A DNA stretch of 62,788 nucleotides, filler included. It is 7 parts of 7 records of this genome, joined end to end, with 100 filler letters (N's around TTAATTAATTAA, not from the genome) between each part and the next. Parts side by side here need not be neighbours in the genome. Positions count along the whole stretch, not along the records: positions 39,147 to 44,775 come from SRR31147125_5870; positions 44,876 to 62,788 come from SRR31147125_5887; 5 more parts are not named here. One strand, given 5' to 3'. Below the pieces are notes generated by a model. It was given only the letters and a program-made list of their open reading frames with translations. It did no database searches and was not told the origin of the DNA. This document shows positions 39,463-49,148 of this stretch, piece by piece. The position numbers and the translations under genes are program-made. Position 1 is the stretch's first letter, and each line of letters begins with the position of its first letter.

Positions 39463-40119
39463 GTGCAAAAAATATTTGTTGTTGATGATGAAAAAGATTT
39501 ATTAGAAGTTATAAAATCATATCTTGAAAAAGAAAATTATATTGTATCAACCTTTTCAGATGCACAAAGTGCTATCGATGCTGTAGATGATAATGTAGAT
39601 TTGTGGCTTCTTGACATTATGCTTGGGTCAGATATCAGTGGTTATGACATTATCGCAAAAATCAAAAATAACAACCCAAAACCAGTAATATTCATGTCTG
39701 CTCGTGATAAAGAGTTTGACAGAATTTTAGGGCTCGAAATGGGTAGCGAAGATTATATTACAAAGCCATTTTCAATGCGAGAAATGGTTCTAAGGGTAAA
39801 AAACGTACTAAAAAGAAATAATAAAGAACACAAGCTAAAAATAATAACTTACGGAGACTACCAAATAGATGAGGAAAAAAGATTAGTCTTAGAAAATGAT
39901 AAGAAAATATTGTTGACTTCAAAAGAATTAGACATACTTATATTTTTCCTTGAAAACAAAGGAGCGTCTTTTACAAGAGATAAATTGCTTAACAAAATTT
40001 GGGGAAGCGATTATTATGGTTCCGATAGAGTTGTGGACGATTTAGTAAAGCGTATTCGCAAAAAAATGCCAGACTTAAATATAGAAACTATTTACGGATA
40101 TGGATACAGACTTTTATAA
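39463..40119 (+). CDS. OmpR-family response regulator (CssR-like)
   Basis: IFVVDDE, LLDIML, FMSAR, DYITKPF, DRVVDDLVKRIRKK, TIYGYGYRL. GTG 39463 follows AAGGAG. Confidence 0.93.
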   Translation: MQKIFVVDDEKDLLEVIKSYLEKENYIVSTFSDAQSAIDAVDDNVDLWLLDIMLGSDISGYDIIAKIKNNNPKPVIFMSARDKEFDRILGLEMGSEDYITKPFSMREMVLRVKNVLKRNNKEHKLKIITYGDYQIDEEKRLVLENDKKILLTSKELDILIFFLENKGASFTRDKLLNKIWGSDYYGSDRVVDDLVKRIRKKMPDLNIETIYGYGYRLL

Positions 40120-41414
40120 TGAAAAGAATTAATCTTAGTATGCAAATAGCAATAATCTTCTTTATAGCCTTTATTGCAACATATGCATTGCTTGCACTAA
40201 CCATTGTTAGACGTTTGGATAGTGTGTTTGAGCATAGTGTATTTGATCAATTAGAGTCAGATGGAAAAGAACTGACCACTTTAACGGCAATTGAAGGATC
40301 AGATATTAATCCTATGTTTGCATATATTTCATACTCCAGTCAATCAAATAAATATAATACATCACAAAACATTAATCAATTTATAAGTGAAGAATATGCA
40401 GAACTTTTAATTAACAAAGCCACTGTACAATCAAAAACCATTTCAAGACACAAAAACATTATTGATGGAACTCATATATATTATGTAATACTAAACTATG
40501 AAAGTCATATTGGTATCTACAATAATGATGTCTATATCATCCTTACCGATGATTCACTAAAGCAAAGTATGGTAAGAAAAACTGCTATTCAAATACTATT
40601 AGCTTGTCTGTTTGCATATATATTAGGCTATCTAGTAATCTATTTATGGATAGGCAGATTAGTTTCTGATACTAAAAAAATAGCAAAATCATTGGGCAAT
40701 ATGGAAAAACAACATTATCAAACTATAGTTAAAACAAACCGTAAAGACGAAATAGGTGATTTAGTTGATAATATAGAATTAATGAGAGAAAAAATAATTG
40801 ATAATCAAAAGCAAAAGCAGGAAATCATACAAGGGGTAAGTCATGATTTAAAAACACCTATAGCCATTATTCAGTCTTATGCCGAAGCCTTAGAAGACAA
40901 TATATATTCTTCAAAAGAGGTATCCAAAATAACATTAAAACAATGTAGTAGATTAAATGACAAAGTAAGAAAGCTACTTACTTTAACACGAATTGGATAT
41001 TTGGACATGAACTATAAAACCTTTGGCAAAACTAATATACAATCATTAGTTTTGGCTATTGCTGACCTTTATAAAAGCAAATCGAATGTTGATATTATAA
41101 CAAATACCATTCCAGTAAACTTTACAGGAGATGAAGAATCTTGGAATATAGTTTTGGAAAACTTGCTTGATAACGCAACACGCTATGCAAAAGGCAAAGT
41201 AGTAATAACACTTTTAGATAATGAATTGTCCATTTACAATGATGGAATATGTATACCTGAAGAAAAGCTAAATAATATCTTTAACGCTTACGAAAAAGGA
41301 AGTGGGGGGAATTACGGTCTTGGTTTATCCATAGTTAAAAGAACATTGAACCTTTTTGGGTATAGCATTAAAGCAGAAAACACAGATAATGGAGTTAAGT
41401 TTACTATTTCATAA
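40119..41414 (+). CDS. Sensor histidine kinase (HAMP-HisKA-HATPase, CssS-like)
   Basis: Two TM segments, RKDEIGDL, VSHDLKTP, ENLLDNATRYA, GLGLSIV. Confidence 0.93.
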   Translation: MKRINLSMQIAIIFFIAFIATYALLALTIVRRLDSVFEHSVFDQLESDGKELTTLTAIEGSDINPMFAYISYSSQSNKYNTSQNINQFISEEYAELLINKATVQSKTISRHKNIIDGTHIYYVILNYESHIGIYNNDVYIILTDDSLKQSMVRKTAIQILLACLFAYILGYLVIYLWIGRLVSDTKKIAKSLGNMEKQHYQTIVKTNRKDEIGDLVDNIELMREKIIDNQKQKQEIIQGVSHDLKTPIAIIQSYAEALEDNIYSSKEVSKITLKQCSRLNDKVRKLLTLTRIGYLDMNYKTFGKTNIQSLVLAIADLYKSKSNVDIITNTIPVNFTGDEESWNIVLENLLDNATRYAKGKVVITLLDNELSIYNDGICIPEEKLNNIFNAYEKGSGGNYGLGLSIVKRTLNLFGYSIKAENTDNGVKFTIS

Positions 41415-41458
41415 TTATGTATAAATATTAGAAAAAACTATTTATACAAGTTATTCAT

Positions 41459-42337
41459 TTATCTATGCAGCTTCCTTGAAATCAAAGCATTTAACTCACT
41501 ACTCTTTTTTATAGCAAACAATGTTGATGCTAAAGGTATTGCAACAACAGCAACTATTAACGACCATGAAAAGCCAATGGTAGAATGAGCATTGTATTTT
41601 AGTACAGCATCAATTATCAAACACATAAACGTCGCTCCTAGAAGCAATACCGTAATCATGTTTAAAACTCCACCTGATGATGACTTAATTATAAAGTAAG
41701 AAACTAAAGAAATTATAAAAAAGCCAATCATTATAGGCAAGCCCAATTTCAAAATTATTATTCTATGCTCAACAAATGAAAGAGAAATAAATGTAATTAT
41801 TACAGTGCTTATTATATAGTATATAGTTATTGGTAATACTTTACGTATTCTATCAGTCAAGAATATTCCAGCTATTATTATCCACACAAATAATACGCTT
41901 ACAGCAACATATCTTGACCATATAAAGTTTTTAGATATTATAAAATTAAGTAGTAAAATATACACAATCACCGCAATACAATCATATGTAAACAACTTAA
42001 AAAATGTGTTTTTCTTTTTAAAAAACGGAAATGCTACTGTCACCCAAATTAAAGCTAATGACACAATAGGGATCAAAGACCAGTTTATTCCCTGCCCTGT
42101 CAGCCAATCTATCAAAAACACTAAAAGCGAATAAACAAATGCCTGCAAGCTTAAAATTATACCTGTAACATAATGTCTAACTGTTTTCTTTTCCTTCTCA
42201 TCCACCACATGATAATCAGGATAATCAGTATTTGACCTTAACAAAGGTTTATTAGGATTTATAACCTCCGTATCGCAAAGAGGGCATTTATCATGATAAT
42301 CCGATAATTTTACTCCGCATTGAACGCAATAAGACAT
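41459..42337 (-). CDS. Zinc-ribbon multi-pass membrane protein (DUF6320-like)
   Basis: YCVQCGV...CPLC followed by several TM helices; co-oriented with the acyltransferase. Confidence 0.75.
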   Translation of the reverse strand: MSYCVQCGVKLSDYHDKCPLCDTEVINPNKPLLRSNTDYPDYHVVDEKEKKTVRHYVTGIILSLQAFVYSLLVFLIDWLTGQGINWSLIPIVSLALIWVTVAFPFFKKKNTFFKLFTYDCIAVIVYILLLNFIISKNFIWSRYVAVSVLFVWIIIAGIFLTDRIRKVLPITIYYIISTVIITFISLSFVEHRIIILKLGLPIMIGFFIISLVSYFIIKSSSGGVLNMITVLLLGATFMCLIIDAVLKYNAHSTIGFSWSLIVAVVAIPLASTLFAIKKSSELNALISRKLHR

Positions 42338-42348
42338 ATATTCCTCCT

Positions 42349-43645
42349 TTAATAGTTGCTTTTCATTTCTACACTCACACCTAGTTCAACAAGCTTTCTA
42401 AATATATATTCAGGAATAAATGTACTTTTTATGGTTCTTCCAAATGTTATTGTAGCCTTATCATTATAGCTTGCCATTGAGCATGAACACTTGTTATGAG
42501 GTGATGGTCCTAATACAAAATCTACAAAATCCACATTCTCATTCATATTATCAGGCAGTCTCACCAAACCTAAATTGGATAATGTTCCTGAAAATTGCGT
42601 AGAACCAGAAGTATTATTAATAAATCGAATAATACTATTTTTCACAAATAACGGAACATGTTTTACAGCAAAATTATTTGCTATTGAGCAATTGTCTTCC
42701 ACCATAGTCAATAGGTGTTCCTTGGTAAGGTGTTCCTTCATAAAGGCCTTTACCCTCTCAATAATATCCTCTAAACTTTTAACATCTCTTGGATTAACAA
42801 AAGGAATAATAAATAAAGAAAAATTTCTCATACAATTTATAGGATAAATTCTGCGCATATTTACAGGTAGTTGAACAGATACATTTTTATGTTTTTTAAT
42901 ATCTTTTACTTGCTTAGCTTGCAGATGAATCAGCGCCTCTATATATATGCTTGCTATAAGCTGAGTTATAGTAGCATTATACTTTTTACTTAACTCCTTT
43001 AACTGCTTTACAGGTATTATCCCTGTTACTACCCTGTACTTGCCCATTGATATCTGTGTATCTTTTACACTAAACAAGTTTCCTTTGCCAAAAAGAGATC
43101 TTTTTTCTCCTTAGGTAATAGATGCTTTTGACTCTCTAATACTTTTAAAAACGCGTCTTCATACTCTTCTTCTTTTGGAGTTTCTTCTTTATTAACTACG
43201 TACTTTGTATCAATTTCTTCAATATCACCATTCAAAAGAAGATATTCTGAAACTATACACTTTAAAAATTCCATTGCACCATAACCATCTGTTAGCACAT
43301 GGAACATATCCAAAGCTATCTTTTTGTTAAAATATCTTACTTTATACAAATAACCATTATTAAATAAAGAGTGTATTCTGTTACATGGAGATTGAGTATC
43401 CTTCCATACAATGTGTTTTAACGTGTTTTGCTCTAAATAGCTCCAAAAAAGCCCATTCTTTATATGGACATTATAATAAGGAAATCTTTCCTTAATATTT
43501 TCTAATGCCTCAAGAAGGGTATTTGGATTAATAGTTTTCTTTAATGTTATCGATACTCTAAATATCGCCGGATTTCTAGTTGATTCCAGCGCAGGGTAAA
43601 TCTTTGCTGAAGTATCCAGCCGATACCATTTAAGCTTTTTTTCAT
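42349..43645 (-). CDS. Alcohol acetyltransferase / condensation-like acyltransferase with two homopolymer frameshifts
   Basis: Hand translation is open from ~43637: KLKWYRLDTSAKIYPA...RFPYY...GLFW...FHVLTDGYG (HxxxDG); then PVNMRR, RNFS, SNLG. One A is missing in each of T7 43636-43642 and T6 43101-43106. Confidence 0.8.
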
Positions 43646-43677
43646 AGTATTATTATACACCTAAATGATAATACTTA

Positions 43678-44349
43678 CTATATTTTTTGCTTGTTTTCTT
43701 CTGCATACGGTTGCTGTACCACTTTGTAACATGGTACTGCCATTACTGCGCCAACGACAGGTGCAATTAAGTAAATCCATAGATATTTAATATCCATAGA
43801 TAACAAAGCTGGATAAATTGACCTAGCAGGGTTCATTGATGCACCGCTTATTGAACCACCAAATAATGCAGCTAAAGCGACAGTACCCCCTATTGCAATG
43901 CCTGCCATTATTCCCTTCTCCATATGTCCAGTAGATACATTCAAAATAACTGACATTAACAAAAATGTTAGAAGGAGTTCAAAAACAAACCCCTGAGTTG
44001 CACTATTTGCTGGATTTGTTACACCTAATGATGTTGCAGAAGGAAAAAGCAGTCTCAGAGTTAACGCTCCCACTATTGCCCCGAATATCTGCGCAAGTAT
44101 ATAAAAAAATGCATCTCTGCTTTTAATATTTCCTGCTACTAAAAAGCCAATTGTGACTGCTGGGTTAAAATGTGCTCCTGATACATTACCGTATGAATAT
44201 ATCATCGCCATTATGGTAAGTCCAAAAACAATCGATATCCCTATTGCTCCTAGTCCAGCTTGCTGTGTACTATCCACAACCACTGCTCCGCATCCTGCAA
44301 AAACAAGCGCAAATGTACCTATAAATTCTGCTATATATTTTTTCACCAC
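43678..44349 (-). CDS. Aquaporin / MIP family channel
   Basis: AEFIGTF, SGAHFNPAVT, GASMNPARS. Confidence 0.95.
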   Translation of the reverse strand: MVKKYIAEFIGTFALVFAGCGAVVVDSTQQAGLGAIGISIVFGLTIMAMIYSYGNVSGAHFNPAVTIGFLVAGNIKSRDAFFYILAQIFGAIVGALTLRLLFPSATSLGVTNPANSATQGFVFELLLTFLLMSVILNVSTGHMEKGIMAGIAIGGTVALAALFGGSISGASMNPARSIYPALLSMDIKYLWIYLIAPVVGAVMAVPCYKVVQQPYAEENKQKI

Positions 44350-44688
44350 ATCTCCTAAACTGTGTTATTATATTATCGTAATACATATTTACAGCATTTC
44401 ACTCATACTCCTACTCAAACATGCTTGATCCAATTAAAACATTTCAGTGTAAATTTAATATTATGCTTATATTTTATATGTGTTAAGATATGTCAATCAA
44501 AAGCTACTTTTATTAATACAAAAGAAGTTGATAACACTGTTATAGAACAAGATTTATTTTAGCGTGACATACAAATAATTTGACATAATTCCTATGATAT
44601 CAAATTATGGTACACATTAAATTAATGTTAATAGTGACTTATTTCCTAAAATATTGTACAATGTGCGTATATATTTGGAGGGAACTAT

Positions 44689-44748
44689 ATGTTTAACTTA
44701 AGAAGAACATTTATTATTACATTATTAATATTAATAATTCTGGTTTGA
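44689..44748 (+). pseudogene. Signal-peptide-bearing gene start apparently interrupted by an IS
   Basis: GGAGG then ATG 44689, MFNLRRTFIITLLILIILV; the TGA stop is the first three bases of the IS-like end. Confidence 0.5.
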
Positions 44749-44775
44749 ACTGCACCCTGTAATTCGGACAGAGAA
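44746..44775. mobile_element. IS3-family terminal inverted repeat at contig end
   Basis: TGAACTGCACCCTGTAATTCGGACAGAGAA resembles IS3/IS150-type ends (TGAACTGCACCC...GACA); the assembly breaks here. Confidence 0.65.
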
Positions 44776-44931
44776 NNNNNNNNNNNNNNNNNNNNNNNNN
44801 NNNNNNNNNNNNNNNNNNNTTAATTAATTAANNNNNNNNNNNNNNNNNNNNNNNNNNNNNNNNNNNNNNNNNNNNTTTTCTTTCCGACGATCGAGTCTTT
44901 CAAGGAATTCATTCTGAACTGATTATTTACC

Positions 44932-45651
44932 ATGGCAGCAAAGCAAACCGGTTACAAGAAATTTTACCTACTAGTTTCACTATTTCTGTACGTAACAGCC
45001 GCTTTGTCAGGAAATTCCAATCCAACATCCACTACACAAACCGCGGACCCGGAAAAGCTGGCTCGCCGGATCATCAATAATTGTCTGAACACAACGCCCC
45101 CTGCCGGTTGGGTCTATTATGAAAAAGGTGGGGCATTCGGATTGTTCCAGATTAAAGAACACTCAGCGAAAATCGATGCTGGAGCAGATGATTCATACCA
45201 GTTTACCATAGTATCAAGCTCTGAGAATAATAAGAAAACGGATAAGCGTGATCCCAGATCTCCCGTTAAAAGCGGGGATGCCGGACCTTTTTCTCTTACT
45301 GAACGGTTTGCCCATTTGAATCCATTTCACTCCGACCATAAAGATCTTGTCATCGAAACAGCGACCGACCAATCGCTCAATGTTTCATACCGACGTCTGG
45401 ATCCGGAAACCAATTCCTGGGTTAGAATGCAGGGAGAGCTGCAGCTGGATATGGAAACAGGAACTATAAGCAGCATGAGAATAGATCAGATTGATATCAA
45501 GAAAAAGGAAAAAGAGGTTTTCTGGGATGTTTATTTCAGCAAAACTTCCCCGGAGACTTCACGCATTGAGAACATTGTTCATACCAATATCGGGACGTTT
45601 CTCATTTTCGAGTACCATTTCAGCAGCACTCTGACCTACCGGTATCACTGA
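44932..45651 (+). CDS. Hypothetical exported protein
   Basis: Signal-peptide-like N-terminus, 239-aa ORF, no recognised motif. Confidence 0.6.
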   Translation: MAAKQTGYKKFYLLVSLFLYVTAALSGNSNPTSTTQTADPEKLARRIINNCLNTTPPAGWVYYEKGGAFGLFQIKEHSAKIDAGADDSYQFTIVSSSENNKKTDKRDPRSPVKSGDAGPFSLTERFAHLNPFHSDHKDLVIETATDQSLNVSYRRLDPETNSWVRMQGELQLDMETGTISSMRIDQIDIKKKEKEVFWDVYFSKTSPETSRIENIVHTNIGTFLIFEYHFSSTLTYRYH

Positions 45652-45692
45652 TGTATCTATAGTCAGAGGTCTGAATCTGTAATTTCAAAGAG

Positions 45693-46832
45693 CTATTCGA
45701 CTTTGAACAGCTCGTGCGCTTCCGCCAGCATTTCAATGATAGAGATGCTCTGCGGACACTGCGGTTCACAAGCCCCGCATTCCACACAGAGGTCACCAGT
45801 CTGGCCTTTCAGAAATGTGTTATAGACCTTCTTTTTACCCTCAACATCATTGAACATAAAAGCTTCATTATAGAATCTGAAACACTGCGGAATATTTACA
45901 CCATGCGGGCATGGCATGCAGTAGCCGCAGGCCGTGCATGAAACCTTGATTTTTTCCAGATAAAGCTCTTTCACCTGTGCAATACAGTTCAGCTCTTCAA
46001 CACTCAATGAATCGGCTTCGGCATTGGATGCAATCGCAAGATTTTCCGCAACCTGCTCTTCGGCACTCATGCCGCTCAGGACTACACTTACGCGTGGATC
46101 ATTCCAGAGCCATCTGAAAGCCCACTCCGCGGGGGTTCTTGCGGTTGGCGCGGAATCCCAAATCGTCTGAATATCAGGCGGAACAATTTTTGTCAGTGAA
46201 CCACCGCGCAGCGGCTCCATAGCGATAATCCCCATGCCCTTGTTATAGGCATACTCAAGACCTTCGGTTCCCGCCTGGTTATGTGTATCAAGAAAGTTGT
46301 ACTGAATCTGACAGAAATCCCAATCGTAGGCGTCGACAATCTCCTTGAAAAGATCAAGTGTAGCGTGAAAAGAGAAACCGATACGGCGTATTTTCCCGCT
46401 CTCCAGAGCCCGTTTGATAAAGGCAAACACATTGTTTTTAGTCAAAATTTCCCAATGTGCTTTATTAAGGGCATGCAGCAGATAGTAATCAATATAGTCG
46501 GTATTCAGCTTCTTCAGCTGTTTATCGAGAATACGATCCATATCCTCTTCCTTCTTAATCATCCAGCTTGGCAGCTTCGTGGCAAGGTAGACCTTTTCCC
46601 GGTAGCCGTCCGCAAGGGCATCAGCCAAAAATTTCTCACTCTCTCCACCATGGTAGGGCCAGGCAGTATCGATATAGTTCACTCCATTGTCGATAGCGTC
46701 ACGGACCATCTTTTTCGACATCTCTATATTGATGTCTTTGGCTTTTTTACTGTTCAGGGGCAGGCGCATGCAGCCGAACCCCAATACTGACAGCTTCACG
46801 TTCGGTTCTTTCGGAAAGCTTCTATATTTCAT
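45693..46832 (-). CDS. Aldo/keto reductase with C-terminal 4Fe-4S dicluster
   Basis: LGFGCMRLP, YIDTAWPY, LATKL, IGFSFH, QIQYN, MEPLRGG, CTACGYCMPCP, CVECGACEPQCP. Confidence 0.93.
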   Translation of the reverse strand: MKYRSFPKEPNVKLSVLGFGCMRLPLNSKKAKDINIEMSKKMVRDAIDNGVNYIDTAWPYHGGESEKFLADALADGYREKVYLATKLPSWMIKKEEDMDRILDKQLKKLNTDYIDYYLLHALNKAHWEILTKNNVFAFIKRALESGKIRRIGFSFHATLDLFKEIVDAYDWDFCQIQYNFLDTHNQAGTEGLEYAYNKGMGIIAMEPLRGGSLTKIVPPDIQTIWDSAPTARTPAEWAFRWLWNDPRVSVVLSGMSAEEQVAENLAIASNAEADSLSVEELNCIAQVKELYLEKIKVSCTACGYCMPCPHGVNIPQCFRFYNEAFMFNDVEGKKKVYNTFLKGQTGDLCVECGACEPQCPQSISIIEMLAEAHELFKVE

Positions 46833-46984
46833 TTGATCCTCACTTTTTCAATGGCATACTGTTACTGTTTGTGTATTCCTGCACCTTGGCGTATATACGT
46901 ATGGAGATATCCGATTTCGATGGGCTAAGACGCAACTATATTGTAAACAAGATTTTAGATATGTTCAATGACAGCCTTTTTTCG

Positions 46985-47317
46985 TTATGCTTCAAACAGG
47001 ATTTCCAGCTTACCAATCAATTCTCGTATTCTGTCATCCTGCAAAGAGTAGATGCTCTGCTTCCCTCTTCGTTCTTTGCTGACATACCCGGCAAGAGTCA
47101 TCATTTTCAGCTGCTGGGAAATATTGGAAAGCTTACCACCGGTCAGCTCCACTAATTCCGATACTGAAAAAGAGGACTGCACCAGCGCGCAGAGAATATG
47201 AAAACGGACCGGGCTGGCCATAATGGAAAGCATGCGTTCAACATGCAGGCACCGTTCCTGATCAAACCGTTCCTGAACTGATTTAATTATATCTGATTTA
47301 TCGTTAACTTGTTCCAT
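46985..47317 (-). CDS. ArsR/SmtB family regulator (BigR/SqrR-like)
   Basis: ASPVRFHILCAL...SVSEL...NISQQL...RRGKQSIYSL. Confidence 0.88.
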   Translation of the reverse strand: MEQVNDKSDIIKSVQERFDQERCLHVERMLSIMASPVRFHILCALVQSSFSVSELVELTGGKLSNISQQLKMMTLAGYVSKERRGKQSIYSLQDDRIRELIGKLEILFEA

Positions 47318-47337
47318 ACCCTGTAATCCCCTATAAA

Positions 47338-49143
47338 TTATTCCTTATCTCCGTCAACCGCTGCTTGCTCATCCTTAAAATTTGTCAGATATATATCTAT
47401 ACCTTTCGCGGCTGAATGTCCATTGGCTATGGCACTGATGGCATCCCGTTTTGGATTCGCGATATCGCCGCCGGCAAAGATTTTCTCATCACCGGTTTGG
47501 AAAAATTCGTTGACCGCAACATAACCACGGTTGAATGTAAGCTTCTCGGATATTGCTTCAGGAAGGAAGCTGTAATCTGCAGCCTGGCCTATGGCTGGAA
47601 TAACCGTATCACACTCTATGACTTCTTCCGATCCCTCTATCAGGACAGGTCGGGGCCGTTTGCCTGGTTCATCAGCAACCATTTCCGCTTTGCCCCAGTA
47701 CAGTTTCAACCGTGTGGAATCTCCCTTCTCGATACGTAGTGGTATAGCCTGGGTTGTCAGGAGACATCCTTCTCCCTGAGATTCATGTATCTCTTCCTCA
47801 TCAGCCGGCATGTCCACTTCACGTCTGCGATAGAGAATTGTGACATCGGCCCCATAACGGCGAGAAGTTCTAGCCGCATCCATGGCCACATTACCGCCGC
47901 CAATCACTACTACTGATTTCCCGATATCGGGAGTAACACCCTGTGTTACATCGTCCAGTATACCCAATCCGGAAAGAACCCCTTTCAAGTCCTCTCCTGC
48001 TATATTCAGTCCATACGGATCGGTCAGACCTGTTGAAAAGAATACAGCGTCAAAATCATCATACAGTTTATCAAACAGCAGATCCTGCCCAATTCTCGTA
48101 TTCTGATCGATCTTCACTCCCAGTGATTTTATGTATTCGACATCTTTATCAACCTGATCATACGGCAGCCGGTATTCCGGAATACCGTATCTCAGCATGC
48201 CGCCTGCTTTTTCATTTGCATCGTATATGGTGACGCCGTATCCCAGCAGGCTCAGGTAATACGCAGCACTGAGTCCGCCGGGTCCTGATCCGATTATCGC
48301 GATTCTCTTACCATTGTCTGGTTCGCCCTCTTCCAACACTTTGCGATAATCTCCCAGATAAATCTGGTCAATAATATAGCGCTTCAACCAGCGAATTGAG
48401 AGTGCTTCTCCCTTATGCTTCACGGCACAGACATATTCACAGGAGTGAGAACAGACTCTGCCACAGGAGGCCGGAAGCGGGTTGGCATTATAGACTATTT
48501 TCAATCCCTCATTCAGATCATCATCCCTGATGGCTTTGATATAGTCGGGAACCTTCATATGAGCCGGACAGGTCGCCACACAAATTCCACATGCGATACA
48601 GCGGTCGGCTTCGGCTTTTGCCTGCTCTTTTGAGAAGCCCTGCACCATTTCCATGAAGCTTTTCTGACTCTCTTCAAATGAGAGCATGGGCATTTCCACT
48701 CTGGCACCATCCAGCAAATCATACCCTTCAGCGCGTCGGTATCCCAGTTCGGAATTATTCCAGGGTTTATCGTCGTGACCAGGTACAAATCGGAATACTT
48801 CAGGGTCGGAATCCACCCAAATATACTCATTACTCATGCCGAGGGAACCAGTCGGACAGATGTCGACACAGAGCGCGCACCAACAGCAGCGTCCATAATC
48901 GATTTTTGGCCGCAATCCGGAATCACCATGTTTTGTTTCACTTACCGGGACCAGATCAATAGCTGCATTCTGGCAGATTTCCTCACAAGTTCCGCATCCG
49001 ATGCATGTATCCATATCGTTTATATGAAATCCCCGATAGCGGGCTGCTCCGGGCCGTTCATCGAGCGGTTTCCTGGATGTGTACGGTTTCTCAAAGGCGC
49101 GTTTCCACACCGAAAATGGTGCAATTATATCTTTCAGACTCAT
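47338..49143 (-). CDS. Fusion of a NuoI/MbxN-like 2x[4Fe-4S] subunit with a GltD-like Fe-S flavoprotein
   Basis: N-terminal RYRGFH + CIGCGTCEEIC + CCWCALCVDICP; then EADRCIAC..CP, CGRVC, GSGPGG, GGMLRYGIP, GGGNVAMD, YRR, FAGGD. Confidence 0.9.
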   Translation of the reverse strand: MSLKDIIAPFSVWKRAFEKPYTSRKPLDERPGAARYRGFHINDMDTCIGCGTCEEICQNAAIDLVPVSETKHGDSGLRPKIDYGRCCWCALCVDICPTGSLGMSNEYIWVDSDPEVFRFVPGHDDKPWNNSELGYRRAEGYDLLDGARVEMPMLSFEESQKSFMEMVQGFSKEQAKAEADRCIACGICVATCPAHMKVPDYIKAIRDDDLNEGLKIVYNANPLPASCGRVCSHSCEYVCAVKHKGEALSIRWLKRYIIDQIYLGDYRKVLEEGEPDNGKRIAIIGSGPGGLSAAYYLSLLGYGVTIYDANEKAGGMLRYGIPEYRLPYDQVDKDVEYIKSLGVKIDQNTRIGQDLLFDKLYDDFDAVFFSTGLTDPYGLNIAGEDLKGVLSGLGILDDVTQGVTPDIGKSVVVIGGGNVAMDAARTSRRYGADVTILYRRREVDMPADEEEIHESQGEGCLLTTQAIPLRIEKGDSTRLKLYWGKAEMVADEPGKRPRPVLIEGSEEVIECDTVIPAIGQAADYSFLPEAISEKLTFNRGYVAVNEFFQTGDEKIFAGGDIANPKRDAISAIANGHSAAKGIDIYLTNFKDEQAAVDGDKE

Positions 49144-49148
49144 ATCCG

